DNA from: an uncultured archaeon | Lineage (GTDB): Archaea > Iainarchaeota > Iainarchaeia > Iainarchaeales > JAAZKV01 | Assembly: GCA_964619405.1 (NCBI GenBank) | Contig: CAZUCF010000005.1 | Span: 1-61,589, forward strand | Direction: 5' to 3' | Length of the DNA stretch: 61,589 bases | Shown: one piece after another, positions 1-9,980 of the stretch | How the letters are laid out: each line of letters opens with the position of its first letter | How positions within the stretch are numbered: position 1 is the stretch's first letter | The notes under the pieces: model-generated | What the model was told of the DNA's origin: nothing | Database searches by the model: none | The model's input: only the letters and a program-made list of their open reading frames with translations | Made by a program: the position numbers and the translations under genes

Positions 1-185
1 AAAAACACTAAAAAAAACAAAAAATAACCAAATCAACTACTTTTGTCCCAAAACCTTTGTTATGGATATTCTTTTATATTTCAAAAACTTATTTATAATA
101 TAATTATATTGTAATTAATTATAATTATCATAATTAATTGTGGTTTTTGTGATTGGTTTTGTGATTATTTTGTTTGGTGCTTTTA

Positions 186-3100
186 ATGGTTTTAAGAAAT
201 TCTTGTAAGAGTTCTATTGCTCAAGGTACTATTGAGTACTTGACCATTATGGGCGTGGTTATTGTTATTAGTTTAGTTGTGGTAGTTTTAGCTTCTAATG
301 TTTTTAGTGGGAATGATGTTGTTTTGGATGCTAGTCAAGATATTTCTTTACAGTTAAAAGAAATTGCTATTCTTGATGTTTTGTTGTCTCCTGATGGGAA
401 TTATATTGTTAGTTTGCAATCTAATTTAGTTGAGAATGTTACTATTACAAGAATTAGTTTTGATGATGCTTTTGAGGATTTTGTTAGTAACAATGTTTTA
501 ATGCTTAGAAGCAAAAAGATTTTTTTGGTTAGTATTCCTGATTTGAGGAGGCCTGATCGTTGTGTTAATGGTTCGCTTTTAACTAAAACGATTACTATTA
601 GTTATACTACTTCTCATGGTTTGGCTAAAACCCAATCTTTTTCTGGTTTGAGGGTTCCTTGTCAAGAATATGGTTTTAATGATGATATTGTTGCTTTGAG
701 TGATTGTGAGGTTGGCGAGTTCAAGCTTGGTAATGAGTGTGTTGTTTGTGCAAATAATGTTGAAGGGTTGTTTGCTTATGGTTCTGGAACAAGTAGTGAT
801 CCTTATTTGATTTGTAGTTGGGAACAATTAAATAATGTTAGGGAAAAATTGAGTAGTAGTTTTTTACTTGTTAATGATTTGGATTCAAGTAGTACTGGTT
901 ATGCGGATTTTGCTTCAGACACTGCTAATAATGGTGTGGGCTGGTTATCAATTGGGAATGAATTAAATCCTTTTGTCGGGATTTTTAATGGTGGTGATTA
1001 TTCTATAAGTGATTTGTATATTGATAGTTCGGGCACATCTGCTGGTTTGTTTGGTTTTACTAATTCTGCTATTTTATCTAATGTGAATTTATTGGATGTG
1101 ACTGCTGTTGAACAATCAGCAAATTATACTGGTGGTTTGATTGGTTATTCTATAAGCACAGTAATTAGTGATTCTTCTGTTTCGGGTAGTGTGGCTGGTG
1201 GGGCTTATGTTGGTGGTTTGGTTGGTTTGGCGGAGGATAATAATATTAAAAATTCTTATAATTTAGCATCAATTTCTTCTGGTGCTGATGCTGGTGGTTT
1301 GATTGGTTCTGATAATTCTAGTGTTTCAACAAGTATTACTAGTTCGTATAATACTGGTGTTGTTGATGGTTTTAGTAATGCTGGTGGTTTGGTTGGTTAT
1401 AGTTCAAGTTCAATAAGTGTTTCTAGTTCGTATAATACTGGTGCAATTTCAAGTGATTCTCTAGCGGGGGGTATTGCTGGTTATTTTGGAGCAAATAGTT
1501 TAATTGAGGGTTCTTATAATTCGGGAACAATAAGTGGTTTTGAGTATTCTGGTGGTATTGTTGGTAATGGTTTAGGTGACATAAATAATTCAAAAAATTC
1601 AGGGGTTATTTTGAATAGTGATGTAGGTGGTTATGCTGGGGGTATTGCTGGTAATTTTAATGGTACAATTTCTGATTCTTATAATGCTGGTAGTGTGACT
1701 TCAACTTATAATTATGCTGGTGGGATTGTTGGGCAAAGTTCTAATTCAATTTCTTTGAGTAATTCTTATAATCGTGGTGCGATAATTGGCGGGGTTAATA
1801 ATTTTGAACATTGTGATATGTTGGATTGGAGTTATTGCAATAATTTTTCTGGTAGTCCTGATGATTGTTATGGTGCTAGTTGTGAGTGGTATGAAGATAT
1901 TTGGATGGGTTGGTGTGTTGGAGGAGGAGAGTGTGATCCAATTTGGGACCCAGGGGAGTGTGCTGCTAATCCTAATTGTTATTGGGAAACTTTTGGTATA
2001 TGTGAGACTGCTTGTTGGAATTATGATTATGATGAGTGTAATGATAATTCAGTACAATGTTATCCTGTTGGTGATGTTTATGGTGGTGCTGGGGGTATTG
2101 CTGGTTTATTAAATACTGGTAATGTTAATTATTCTTTTAATACTGGTGCTGTTAGTGGTGGGGCTTTTTTAGGCGGGATTGTTGGTGGTGAATTAAGCAT
2201 GTGGTCAATTTCTAATTCTTATTGGGAGTCTAATTTGAGTGGGCAATCAGATTGTTATACTGGGGGCAATGTTGGGTGTTCTTCTACTTCTAGTGGTGCT
2301 TCTGATTATTATTCTTCTAGTAATCCTCCTTTGAGTTCTTGGGATTGGGGTGTTGGTGGTGATTGGTTAGAGGTTGGTTCTTCTTATCCTATGCTTACTT
2401 GGGAAGGAGTGAGTACTCCAATAGTTTCTTTGTCTTCTCCAGCAAGCAATGCTTATTTATTACCTAATGAAATAATTTTTAGTTATACTGTTTCAAGTGC
2501 TTTTTATGACATTAATTATTGCAAGTTTTATGTTGATAGTAGATTAATTGAAACTGATAATTCTATTTCACAGGGAGCAAATTCTTTTACTTATAGTTTT
2601 TTAGAGCATACTCCTGAAGAAGGCGTTTATTATTGGGATGTTATTTGCACTGATAGTTCTGGTGTTTCTTCGAGTAGTGTTGAACAAACTTTTAATGTGT
2701 TTTTTGTTGAGCCATCAATTAGTTTGTCAACACCCGATGATGAAATATATTTGCCTAGTGTAATTGATTTTGTTTTTACTCCGTCTTTTACTTATCCTAT
2801 TACTAGTTGTGATTTATTATTAAACGATGTTGTTGTTGATTCTGATGATAGCATTGATAATAATTCTTCAAACACTTTTTCTGTAACAGTTAATGATGTT
2901 AACGAGTATTCTTGGAGTGTGAGTTGTACTGCTTTTAATAATGAGGTTGAAAATAGCAGTAGTCTTGATTTTAATGTTGTTTCTGTTTGTCCGAGTGATT
3001 TGGTTGAGTATAATGGTATGTGTGTTGAGTGTGTTGAGGATTCTGGGGGATTGTATTTTGGTGGTACTGGTACTGCTGTGAATCCTTATTTGATTTGTAG

Positions 3101-4274
3101 TTGGAATCAATTAGCTAATATTAATAGTAATTGTTCAAAGAATTTTAAGTTGTTAAGAAACTTATCTGATGCTGATGATGATTATGTAACTTACGCTTCC
3201 CCCACAGCAAACGATGGAAAAGGTTGGCAGGCTTTGTGTAACAATGCTTGGGGTTTAGATGGTTATTTTAATGGTAACAATCACACAATAAGTGATTTAC
3301 ATTCAATTGGTAATTCTTATGGTTGTTTATTTAAACAGATTGATGGGAATGTTTCAAATTTAGGGATGATAGATGTTAATATCAGCGGAGCGACTCGCGG
3401 TGGAGGAATTTCTTGTAGCACTTATGCTTATTTATCTAATGTTTATGTTACTGGAAGTGTAAGTGGAAGTGATGTTGGAGGATTAGCTAGTTATATTGGT
3501 GGTAGTCGACCAACGGGTATTGAAAATTCGTATAACCTAGCAACTATTAGTGGGAGTAGTGAAGTTGGTGGTTTAAGTGGTTCTAGTGAGGGGGGGTCTA
3601 GGTATCCAAAAAAAATAATTAATTCTTATAATAGTGGAATTATAACATCGACTGATTATGCGGGTGGTTTAATAGGGCATGGTGAGTATGTACAAATATT
3701 TAATTCATTTAATGATGGATCGGTTTTTGGAGAAAGAATAGTTGGGGGTTTAATTGGTCTAAATGATGGTGGAAAAATATATAATTCATATAATTTAGGT
3801 TACGTAACAGGAAATTCAGATCATGTAGGTGGTTTAACGGGGTATGATAGATATGCTTTTGTTATAGAAAATAGTTATAATGTTGGAGATGTTGATGGGG
3901 GGAGTAATACTGGTGGATTAATAGGGTTTTTTACTTTTGCTAATGTGGGTAATTATGTGAAAAATTCTTTTTCAACGGGGCTTGTTACTGGAGATGTTAA
4001 TGTTGGAGGATTAATTGGTTGGAGAAGAGACGATTTTGTTAATAATCGTTTTATTGTTGCAGATAATCTTTATTGGGATACTATTTTATCGGGGCAGGAT
4101 CATTGTAATGATACTAATGAACAAGGATGTGTTTCTACTAGTACAGGAAATGCTTCTTATTATTATTCTTCTGCTAATGCTCCTTTGAGTTCTTGGACTT
4201 GGGGAGAAGATGGTAATTGGACAGCAAGAGACAATAATTATCCTATTCTAACTTGGCAGGTAGAAGACAGTTAA
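186..4274 (+). CDS. Large surface/adhesin-like protein: class III (pilin-like) signal peptide, two GLUG-repeat beta-helical modules, Ig-like domains, Cys-rich segments
   Basis: N-terminus ...SIAQGTIEYL plus hydrophobic stretch; many GGLIG/GGIAG (GLUG-type) repeats; motif G.GT..DPYLICSW.QL occurs twice. ATG at 186 preferred over the TTG at 174. Confidence 0.8.
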   Translation: MVLRNSCKSSIAQGTIEYLTIMGVVIVISLVVVVLASNVFSGNDVVLDASQDISLQLKEIAILDVLLSPDGNYIVSLQSNLVENVTITRISFDDAFEDFVSNNVLMLRSKKIFLVSIPDLRRPDRCVNGSLLTKTITISYTTSHGLAKTQSFSGLRVPCQEYGFNDDIVALSDCEVGEFKLGNECVVCANNVEGLFAYGSGTSSDPYLICSWEQLNNVREKLSSSFLLVNDLDSSSTGYADFASDTANNGVGWLSIGNELNPFVGIFNGGDYSISDLYIDSSGTSAGLFGFTNSAILSNVNLLDVTAVEQSANYTGGLIGYSISTVISDSSVSGSVAGGAYVGGLVGLAEDNNIKNSYNLASISSGADAGGLIGSDNSSVSTSITSSYNTGVVDGFSNAGGLVGYSSSSISVSSSYNTGAISSDSLAGGIAGYFGANSLIEGSYNSGTISGFEYSGGIVGNGLGDINNSKNSGVILNSDVGGYAGGIAGNFNGTISDSYNAGSVTSTYNYAGGIVGQSSNSISLSNSYNRGAIIGGVNNFEHCDMLDWSYCNNFSGSPDDCYGASCEWYEDIWMGWCVGGGECDPIWDPGECAANPNCYWETFGICETACWNYDYDECNDNSVQCYPVGDVYGGAGGIAGLLNTGNVNYSFNTGAVSGGAFLGGIVGGELSMWSISNSYWESNLSGQSDCYTGGNVGCSSTSSGASDYYSSSNPPLSSWDWGVGGDWLEVGSSYPMLTWEGVSTPIVSLSSPASNAYLLPNEIIFSYTVSSAFYDINYCKFYVDSRLIETDNSISQGANSFTYSFLEHTPEEGVYYWDVICTDSSGVSSSSVEQTFNVFFVEPSISLSTPDDEIYLPSVIDFVFTPSFTYPITSCDLLLNDVVVDSDDSIDNNSSNTFSVTVNDVNEYSWSVSCTAFNNEVENSSSLDFNVVSVCPSDLVEYNGMCVECVEDSGGLYFGGTGTAVNPYLICSWNQLANINSNCSKNFKLLRNLSDADDDYVTYASPTANDGKGWQALCNNAWGLDGYFNGNNHTISDLHSIGNSYGCLFKQIDGNVSNLGMIDVNISGATRGGGISCSTYAYLSNVYVTGSVSGSDVGGLASYIGGSRPTGIENSYNLATISGSSEVGGLSGSSEGGSRYPKKIINSYNSGIITSTDYAGGLIGHGEYVQIFNSFNDGSVFGERIVGGLIGLNDGGKIYNSYNLGYVTGNSDHVGGLTGYDRYAFVIENSYNVGDVDGGSNTGGLIGFFTFANVGNYVKNSFSTGLVTGDVNVGGLIGWRRDDFVNNRFIVADNLYWDTILSGQDHCNDTNEQGCVSTSTGNASYYYSSANAPLSSWTWGEDGNWTARDNNYPILTWQVEDS

Positions 4275-4450
4275 TAATTTAGTTCAAATAATAGTGGTTA
4301 GAAAATAAGCATTAATTTAAATAAAAAATTACCTTTAGTTTAGTTATTTGTTTTTTTTAATTATTAAATAAGTTTAATTTTTTATTTTAATTTGAAATAA
4401 TTATTTTTTTGTTTTTTATAAAAATGTATTGTTTTTTATTGATATTTTTT

Positions 4451-4575
4451 AATCAACCCAAAAGAAATCTCCAACGTTTACGTTGGAGTTTGAGATTTCT
4501 TTTCCGTTGACGGAAAAGTGAATACTTCTGCTGTAAACCAGCAGAAGCCACACCCTTTAGGGTGTGGTAATTCAC
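4451..4575 (+). mobile_element. 125-bp non-autonomous IS200/IS605-type element / TnpB omega-RNA-like scaffold, copy 1
   Basis: 124/125 identical to 14599-14723; four hairpins; ends GAAGCCACACCCTTTAGGGTGTGGTAATTCAC, typical of IS605-group right ends (subterminal hairpin + TCAC). Confidence 0.7.
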
Positions 4576-4674
4576 AATTTGTATTTTAAGTATTGTTTTT
4601 TTGTAAATTTGTTTTGATTAAAAAAGTTTTTTCCCAATCGCAATGTTTATTTATGTCTTTTACTTATTATTCTA

Positions 4675-5304
4675 ATGGATAAATTTTTTTCTAGTAACAG
4701 AAAAGCTTTTTTGTTTGTTCTTGAAGAATTCTTCCTAATTTTTTTAATAATTCTACAAGCTTTTTTCTTATTAGGAATTGAGAGGAATGGCTTGAACTTA
4801 TTTTTTTTTACTAAGCCTATTCTCCCACAAAACGTTTTATGGTTTGCTTCAACAATCCTTTTTTTCCTAACATTATACTTTGGTATTTCTATTAGAGACA
4901 AGAAGGTTGTTGCTGTTCACAAAGAATTCTCTAAATTATTATTGGGTACAACAAAACAAAAATTTTTTGGTTTAGAAAAAGAAGTTATTGTTTTATTGTT
5001 TTTTGAATTTGTTTTTGCTATTATTATTGCTTTTGCAATTTTTTTTTATCTTGACCCCGAAATGAGTTTTCCTTTTCTTGAGAAAGTTAAATGGCCTTTT
5101 AATTTAATAGCGTTCCTTGCTTTCATTGGTTTTGGTTTGTATGTTTTTTCTTTGACAAAAACTTTTAGGCAATCAGTTTATGGGCCTTCATTATTAAAGA
5201 AAAAAATTCTTCCTGCTGAGCGATTATTTCCCATGCGGAGGATAACTAATAAGAAGACTGGTACGATTAGGTTTCATAGCAAAAAATCTTTGAAAAAAAA
5301 ATAA
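4675..5304 (+). CDS. Hypothetical multi-pass membrane protein with basic C-terminus
   Basis: 209-aa ORF with about 4-5 hydrophobic segments. Confidence 0.6.
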   Translation: MDKFFSSNRKAFLFVLEEFFLIFLIILQAFFLLGIERNGLNLFFFTKPILPQNVLWFASTILFFLTLYFGISIRDKKVVAVHKEFSKLLLGTTKQKFFGLEKEVIVLLFFEFVFAIIIAFAIFFYLDPEMSFPFLEKVKWPFNLIAFLAFIGFGLYVFSLTKTFRQSVYGPSLLKKKILPAERLFPMRRITNKKTGTIRFHSKKSLKKK

Positions 5305-5514
5305 TTTTTTTTGAATTCAATATTATTCAATATTTTTTGTTTTTGATTTTAGTATTATTTAAGTATTTTTTTAAGTTTATTATTTATTTTTTTTGTTTAT
5401 TGTTTATTTTTTTTGTTTTTGAATTCAATATTTTTTTTTGGTTTTTTTATTTTCCATTGTTTTGTTTGTTTTTCATTGGTATGTTTATTAACTTGTTTTG
5501 TTATTATTTTTATC

Positions 5515-6894
5515 ATGGCTTTGGAAAGAAGTGTTTCTCTTTGGCAAGCAGTTTTTTATGGGCTTGGCGTTATTCTTGGTGCTGGGATTTATACTTTAAT
5601 TGGTTCTGCTGCTGGAATAATTGGTAATTTTTTGTGGCTCGCTTTTATTATTGCTTCTTTTATTGCTGGTTTAACAGCTTTTTCTTATGCTGAGCTAAGT
5701 TCTTATTTTCCAAGGGTTGCTGCTGAATCAGTTTATGTTGGAAAAGCTTTTGGGAAAGAATTCTTATCTTTTTTCATTGGTTTTGTTGTTCTTGTAACAA
5801 TTCTTTTCTCAATTTCAACTGTTGCTTGGGGTTTCACTTCTTATTTCAAATTATTTTCTTCTTTTCCAGCTATTTTTGTTGCGATAGCATTAATTATTTT
5901 TTGTTCTATAATAAATTTTCTTGGGATACAAGAGAGTGTTAAATTAAATTATATTTTAACATTTATTGGGGGCAGTGGTTTAATATTAATAATAATTTTT
6001 GGATTGCCTTTTGTTGGTTCAACTAATTTGTTAGAGTTTGTGCCAACTACTTCTGGAATTGGTTTGTTCTCTGCCTTGTTTTCTAGTGTTGCCCTAATAT
6101 TTTTTGCTTACATTGGTTTTGAGGGTATAGCAAATATTTCGGAAGAAGTTAATTCTGCGAGGACCACTGTTCCTAAAGCAATTGTTTTGTCATTATTAAT
6201 TGCAACAATATTATATGTTTTGATTGCAATTGTTTCTGTTAGTGTGGTTTCCCCAATCGAACTCGCTAATGCTACTAATCCTGAAAATCTTTTGAGTGCT
6301 GGCCCCCTAGCATTAGTTGCTGAGAAAGCGATTATGCCTGGTTTTGGTGTGTGGTTGAGTTTTGCAGCGCTTTTTGCAACAGCGAGTACAGTACTGCTCT
6401 TACTTGTTGTTTCAAGCAGATTAGTTTATGGTTTATCAAATTTGGGTTTTTTACCATCATTTTTTTCAAGAACGCACTCTAAAACAAAAACACCTGTTTA
6501 TGCTATTATTCTGGCTGGTGTAGCCACAATATTATTTTTGTTTATAGGAAACATAGATGTTCTTGGAAACCTAACAACAATGGGTACTTTTTTGATGTTT
6601 TTCGCAGTAAACGCTTCTTTAATAGCTATTCGCTTTAAAGAAAACCCAAAGAAATTAAACTTCATTTCCCCAATAAATATTGGAAAATGGCCTGTCCTAG
6701 CAATTCTTGGAACAATTTTTTGCTTTTTCATGTTTCTTACCCAATACTGGCAACCAATAAACATTTTCTCAATTAACTTGCCTTTATTTGTTTTAGGAAT
6801 GCTAACTTTTGCAATATCAATACCATTATTTATAATATTTAAAAAAGAAAAAAGTTTTATTGCAAATAACAAGACAAAGCGTTGGCCAAAATAA
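5515..6894 (+). CDS. APC-family amino acid permease
   Basis: GVILGAGIY TM1 motif, FAYIGFEGIANISEE motif, about 12 TM segments; ATG at 5515 is in frame with the called ORF. Confidence 0.9.
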   Translation: MALERSVSLWQAVFYGLGVILGAGIYTLIGSAAGIIGNFLWLAFIIASFIAGLTAFSYAELSSYFPRVAAESVYVGKAFGKEFLSFFIGFVVLVTILFSISTVAWGFTSYFKLFSSFPAIFVAIALIIFCSIINFLGIQESVKLNYILTFIGGSGLILIIIFGLPFVGSTNLLEFVPTTSGIGLFSALFSSVALIFFAYIGFEGIANISEEVNSARTTVPKAIVLSLLIATILYVLIAIVSVSVVSPIELANATNPENLLSAGPLALVAEKAIMPGFGVWLSFAALFATASTVLLLLVVSSRLVYGLSNLGFLPSFFSRTHSKTKTPVYAIILAGVATILFLFIGNIDVLGNLTTMGTFLMFFAVNASLIAIRFKENPKKLNFISPINIGKWPVLAILGTIFCFFMFLTQYWQPINIFSINLPLFVLGMLTFAISIPLFIIFKKEKSFIANNKTKRWPK

Positions 6895-6950
6895 AAAGAT
6901 TTATTTTATTTGATTAGAAAATGTACCCTTTATTTTTTTGGTTATTTTTT

Positions 6951-7961
6951 TTATCTCCAATTAACTTTTATTTGATCTGTTCTTTGCTTTGGTTTTATTT
7001 CTGATTGATTAATACTTGTCTTGTTTTTTGATTTATACATTATTATTCCAAGCCAAGCAATCATTATTGCGTTGTCAACCATCACATTGTTTGGTGGAAT
7101 AAATAATTTTGCGTTTCTTTCTTCACACATTTTTCCAACCATTTCTTGTAATGCTTTTGAACAACCTACTCCTCCTCCTAAAATAACTTGTTTTTTTTCT
7201 GTGTGTGCTAGTGCTCTTTCAGTTACTTCTGTTAGCATTGCGAAAGCGTTGTGCAAAGTAGAATAAACTAAGTCATTTACTTTTTTTTCCTTGTTAATAA
7301 TTTTTTCAGTCTTCATTATTTCATTATATTTTTGTGTTGATGATGTTAGCAAGCCAGAGAAAGCCAAGTCCATTCCTTTTACAGTGTAAGGTAATTCAAT
7401 CAAGTTTTTTCCATTAAAATAGGTTTGGTCTAGTATTGGTCCTGCTGGAAAACCCAAACCAATTTTTCTTCCAAAAGAATCTAAAAAATTTCCTATTCCA
7501 AGGTCAAGTGTTTCACCAAAAACACGGTAATAATTATTCTCAAAACAAATTATTTGTGTGTTAGCTCCAGAAGCATATAATAAAACAGGGTCATTAGCAT
7601 TACACAATTTCCTGCCTATTTCTATGTGCGCGATGCAATGGTTTACTCCAACCAAAGGAATGTTATGTAGCAATGATAATTGTCTTGCGAGTATTGCTCC
7701 AACCCTTAAAGAATTGCCTATCCCTGGGCCTTGCGCGAAAGCAATTAAATCAATTTCATTAATTTTTTTCCCTGATTTTTCTAATGCTTTTTTTAATAAT
7801 TCTGGTGCTAATTTGTAATGGTGTTCTGTTAGTTCTCTTGGTATTAGGCCACCTTGTTTTGTTGTGAACATTTTTTTTTCTTCTACTAAAATATTGCATT
7901 TTTCATCAACTATTGCTATGGCTATAGTGTGAGCGGTTGATTCAATTCCTAAACAAAGCAT
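6951..7961 (-). CDS. kae1: tRNA N6-threonylcarbamoyltransferase Kae1 (not fused to Bud32)
   Basis: LGIESTAH, GPG, VNHCIAHIE, SGANTQ, GETLD, DNAIMIA motifs; ATG 7961 with GGTGA RBS. Confidence 0.95.
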   Translation of the reverse strand: MLCLGIESTAHTIAIAIVDEKCNILVEEKKMFTTKQGGLIPRELTEHHYKLAPELLKKALEKSGKKINEIDLIAFAQGPGIGNSLRVGAILARQLSLLHNIPLVGVNHCIAHIEIGRKLCNANDPVLLYASGANTQIICFENNYYRVFGETLDLGIGNFLDSFGRKIGLGFPAGPILDQTYFNGKNLIELPYTVKGMDLAFSGLLTSSTQKYNEIMKTEKIINKEKKVNDLVYSTLHNAFAMLTEVTERALAHTEKKQVILGGGVGCSKALQEMVGKMCEERNAKLFIPPNNVMVDNAIMIAWLGIIMYKSKNKTSINQSEIKPKQRTDQIKVNWR

Positions 7962-7969
7962 GGTTTCAC

Positions 7970-8518
7970 CTAAATTAAATATAGTATTATTGCTAAACAA
8001 TTATACAATAAGTGCCCAAAATAATTTTGTATTATTGAATTATTCTTTTTGAACCAGTAAGCAAGTATTAATCCTAAAAAGAATACTCCGATTGTTTGTG
8101 TTAAAGATTCATAACCTAAATGAAAAATAGTGAAAACTATTGTTGATAAAATTATTCCCATTTTTTTTACAAGAAATGCTCTGAAAAAAAATTCTTCTGC
8201 AAAAACAGTTATTATTATTGTTGTAATAAAAAATATTGCGTTTGAGTAAAAACCATTTTTTACAAAAGCATTAACATTTTCCATATCAATAATTGGAATG
8301 CTAAAAAAGTATTCTAAAAACATTATTGTTGTTGTTATTAAAAAGAAGCCAATTATTAATGCAAGAAAAAGTTTTATTGAACCAATAGATTCTATTCTAA
8401 ATGATTTTCTTGTTGGTAAAAGTTCTTTTTTTATTTCATCCCAACTAATAACTTTTATTACTCTATAATAAAATAGTGGAATAATAAAAAATAGTAACAA
8501 GAAAATTATTGAAATCAT
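7970..8518 (-). CDS. CPBP/CAAX-protease-family intramembrane metalloprotease
   Basis: AEEFFFRAFL, FTIFHL and GHLLYN motifs in a hydrophobic protein. Confidence 0.85.
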   Translation of the reverse strand: MISIIFLLLFFIIPLFYYRVIKVISWDEIKKELLPTRKSFRIESIGSIKLFLALIIGFFLITTTIMFLEYFFSIPIIDMENVNAFVKNGFYSNAIFFITTIIITVFAEEFFFRAFLVKKMGIILSTIVFTIFHLGYESLTQTIGVFFLGLILAYWFKKNNSIIQNYFGHLLYNCLAIILYLI

Positions 8519-8566
8519 GATATATTAATTAGTAATTAAATTAAAAAAGGATTTTTTATTGTTTTT

Positions 8567-8740
8567 TTACTTTTTTTCTGTGTAACCGCATTTTCCACAA
8601 GAATATCTGTCTTTGTGTTCTGCCATGAATATTCCTGGACCACATTTCAAACAAAACTTTCCTTTTCTTTTTAACTCATTTCCTTCAATAGAATATTTTT
8701 TTGATTTTTTTGTTTTTGCTTTTTGTTTTTTTTCAGCCAT
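8567..8740 (-). CDS. rps27ae: 30S ribosomal protein S27ae
   Basis: [14 protein letters not shown]...CGKCGYTE zinc finger. Confidence 0.95.
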   Translation of the reverse strand: MAEKKQKAKTKKSKKYSIEGNELKRKGKFCLKCGPGIFMAEHKDRYSCGKCGYTEKK

Positions 8741-8748
8741 AATTATCA

Positions 8749-9054
8749 CTATTCTTTATTCTCTTCTTTTGATTCAATTTTTTTTGTTGTATTTCTTTTT
8801 ATAATATATTTTTTTTCATTTTTTTGTAAATCTTTTTCAGTATCATATGCTCTTGCATGAATTATATTTTTTATTTTTCCAAATTCGCTTGCTATTTTTA
8901 TTATAACAATTTTTTCTTCTGGAGTATTAATTTTTGCTGATAAGTGTTTTCTTATTTCTTCTTTTGAGGGTATTTTTTTTTCTTCAATTTCTGCTATTAT
9001 ATCATACCTATTCAATAATTCGTTTTTATCATTCTTTATAATTGTTAGTTGCAT
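8749..9054 (-). CDS. rps24e: 30S ribosomal protein S24e
   Basis: N.LLNR..I...PSKEEIR motif; position before rps27ae. Confidence 0.9.
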   Translation of the reverse strand: MQLTIIKNDKNELLNRYDIIAEIEEKKIPSKEEIRKHLSAKINTPEEKIVIIKIASEFGKIKNIIHARAYDTEKDLQKNEKKYIIKRNTTKKIESKEENKE

Positions 9055-9058
9055 TTCA

Positions 9059-9262
9059 TCACCTACTTAATCTTAAAGCGTATTTTCCTGTTCTTGTTAT
9101 GCCCATTTTTTTTGCTATTTCAGAACTCTCAGAATTTATTATTACTACGTATCCTCTCCAAAATGTTGTGAAATTAGTTCCATCGCAATTAGGGCATTTT
9201 TCGCCTTCTTCAATCAAGAATCTACAATCCCTACAAGCTTTTTCTTTAATCATTTTTTTCAC
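9059..9262 (-). CDS. spt4: Transcription elongation factor Spt4 (RpoE'')
   Basis: KACRDC...CPNC...W.G...SEIAK..GI...G.YALR. Confidence 0.95.
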   Translation of the reverse strand: MKKMIKEKACRDCRFLIEEGEKCPNCDGTNFTTFWRGYVVIINSESSEIAKKMGITRTGKYALRLSR

Positions 9263-9282
9263 TCTTTAACAATAATTATTTA

Positions 9283-9906
9283 TTATTTCTTTTGTTTTTT
9301 ATCAGAATCTTTTTTTGGTTTAACTTCTTCTTTTTGTTTTTTTACTTTCTCGTTTTTTTTGTCTTGTTTTGCATCAATTGTTGCCCACTCTGTTTTTCCT
9401 AATCCTGGTTGTCTCATAGTCAAACCAATCTTTGAATTTGATGTGTCATCTTTCATTGATATAGTAACTATTTTTGCTAGGACATCGTCTTCAGGAATTA
9501 TTTTTTTGTCAGTTTTTTTTCCAATAAAACCGGGTAATTTTGCATCATAATTAATAAAATCATCCATTATTTGGCTAACGTGTATTAGTCCTTCTATTGG
9601 GCCTACTCTTACAAATGCTCCAAATTCAGTTGCTTCTGTTATTGTTCCTCTTACTATTTCATGTAATACTGGTTTGTATGATAGCATTTCTATTTCTGCT
9701 TCATAGTATGCTGAACCGTCTCCTGGAATAATGTGTCCTTCTCCGACATTATTTATACTTGTAATAGCTACTATTACTCCAATATTTGATTCAATTCTTC
9801 CTTCGTAATCTTCTTTACAAACCTCTAAAATTGATTCTTTTATTTTTGTTCCAAGTTTTTTTGGTGGAACCCTTATCTTATCTCTTATCTTGGTTTTATA
9901 GAACAT
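9283..9906 (-). CDS. rpoE1: RNA polymerase subunit Rpo7 (E')
   Basis: IIPGDGSAYY, FGAFVRVGPIEGLIHVSQI S1 domain. Confidence 0.95.
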   Translation of the reverse strand: MFYKTKIRDKIRVPPKKLGTKIKESILEVCKEDYEGRIESNIGVIVAITSINNVGEGHIIPGDGSAYYEAEIEMLSYKPVLHEIVRGTITEATEFGAFVRVGPIEGLIHVSQIMDDFINYDAKLPGFIGKKTDKKIIPEDDVLAKIVTISMKDDTSNSKIGLTMRQPGLGKTEWATIDAKQDKKNEKVKKQKEEVKPKKDSDKKQKK

Positions 9907-9980
9907 TTAACTCACCATTAAATTAAAATTAATATAGCTTTTCTAAAAATAACTTTCATAGATTAAATTTATAAACCCAA

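Noticed and set aside
1798-2080. DGR variable region in the surface protein
   Set aside because: No template repeat with adenine-specific differences and no reverse transcriptase in the window.
5337-5627. 96-aa F/L/I-rich ORF and similar ORFs antisense to r-protein genes (e.g. 12256-12690, 33279-33674, 28708-29091)
   Set aside because: Low-complexity by-products of T-rich DNA or shadows of K/E-rich real genes; no motifs or RBS.
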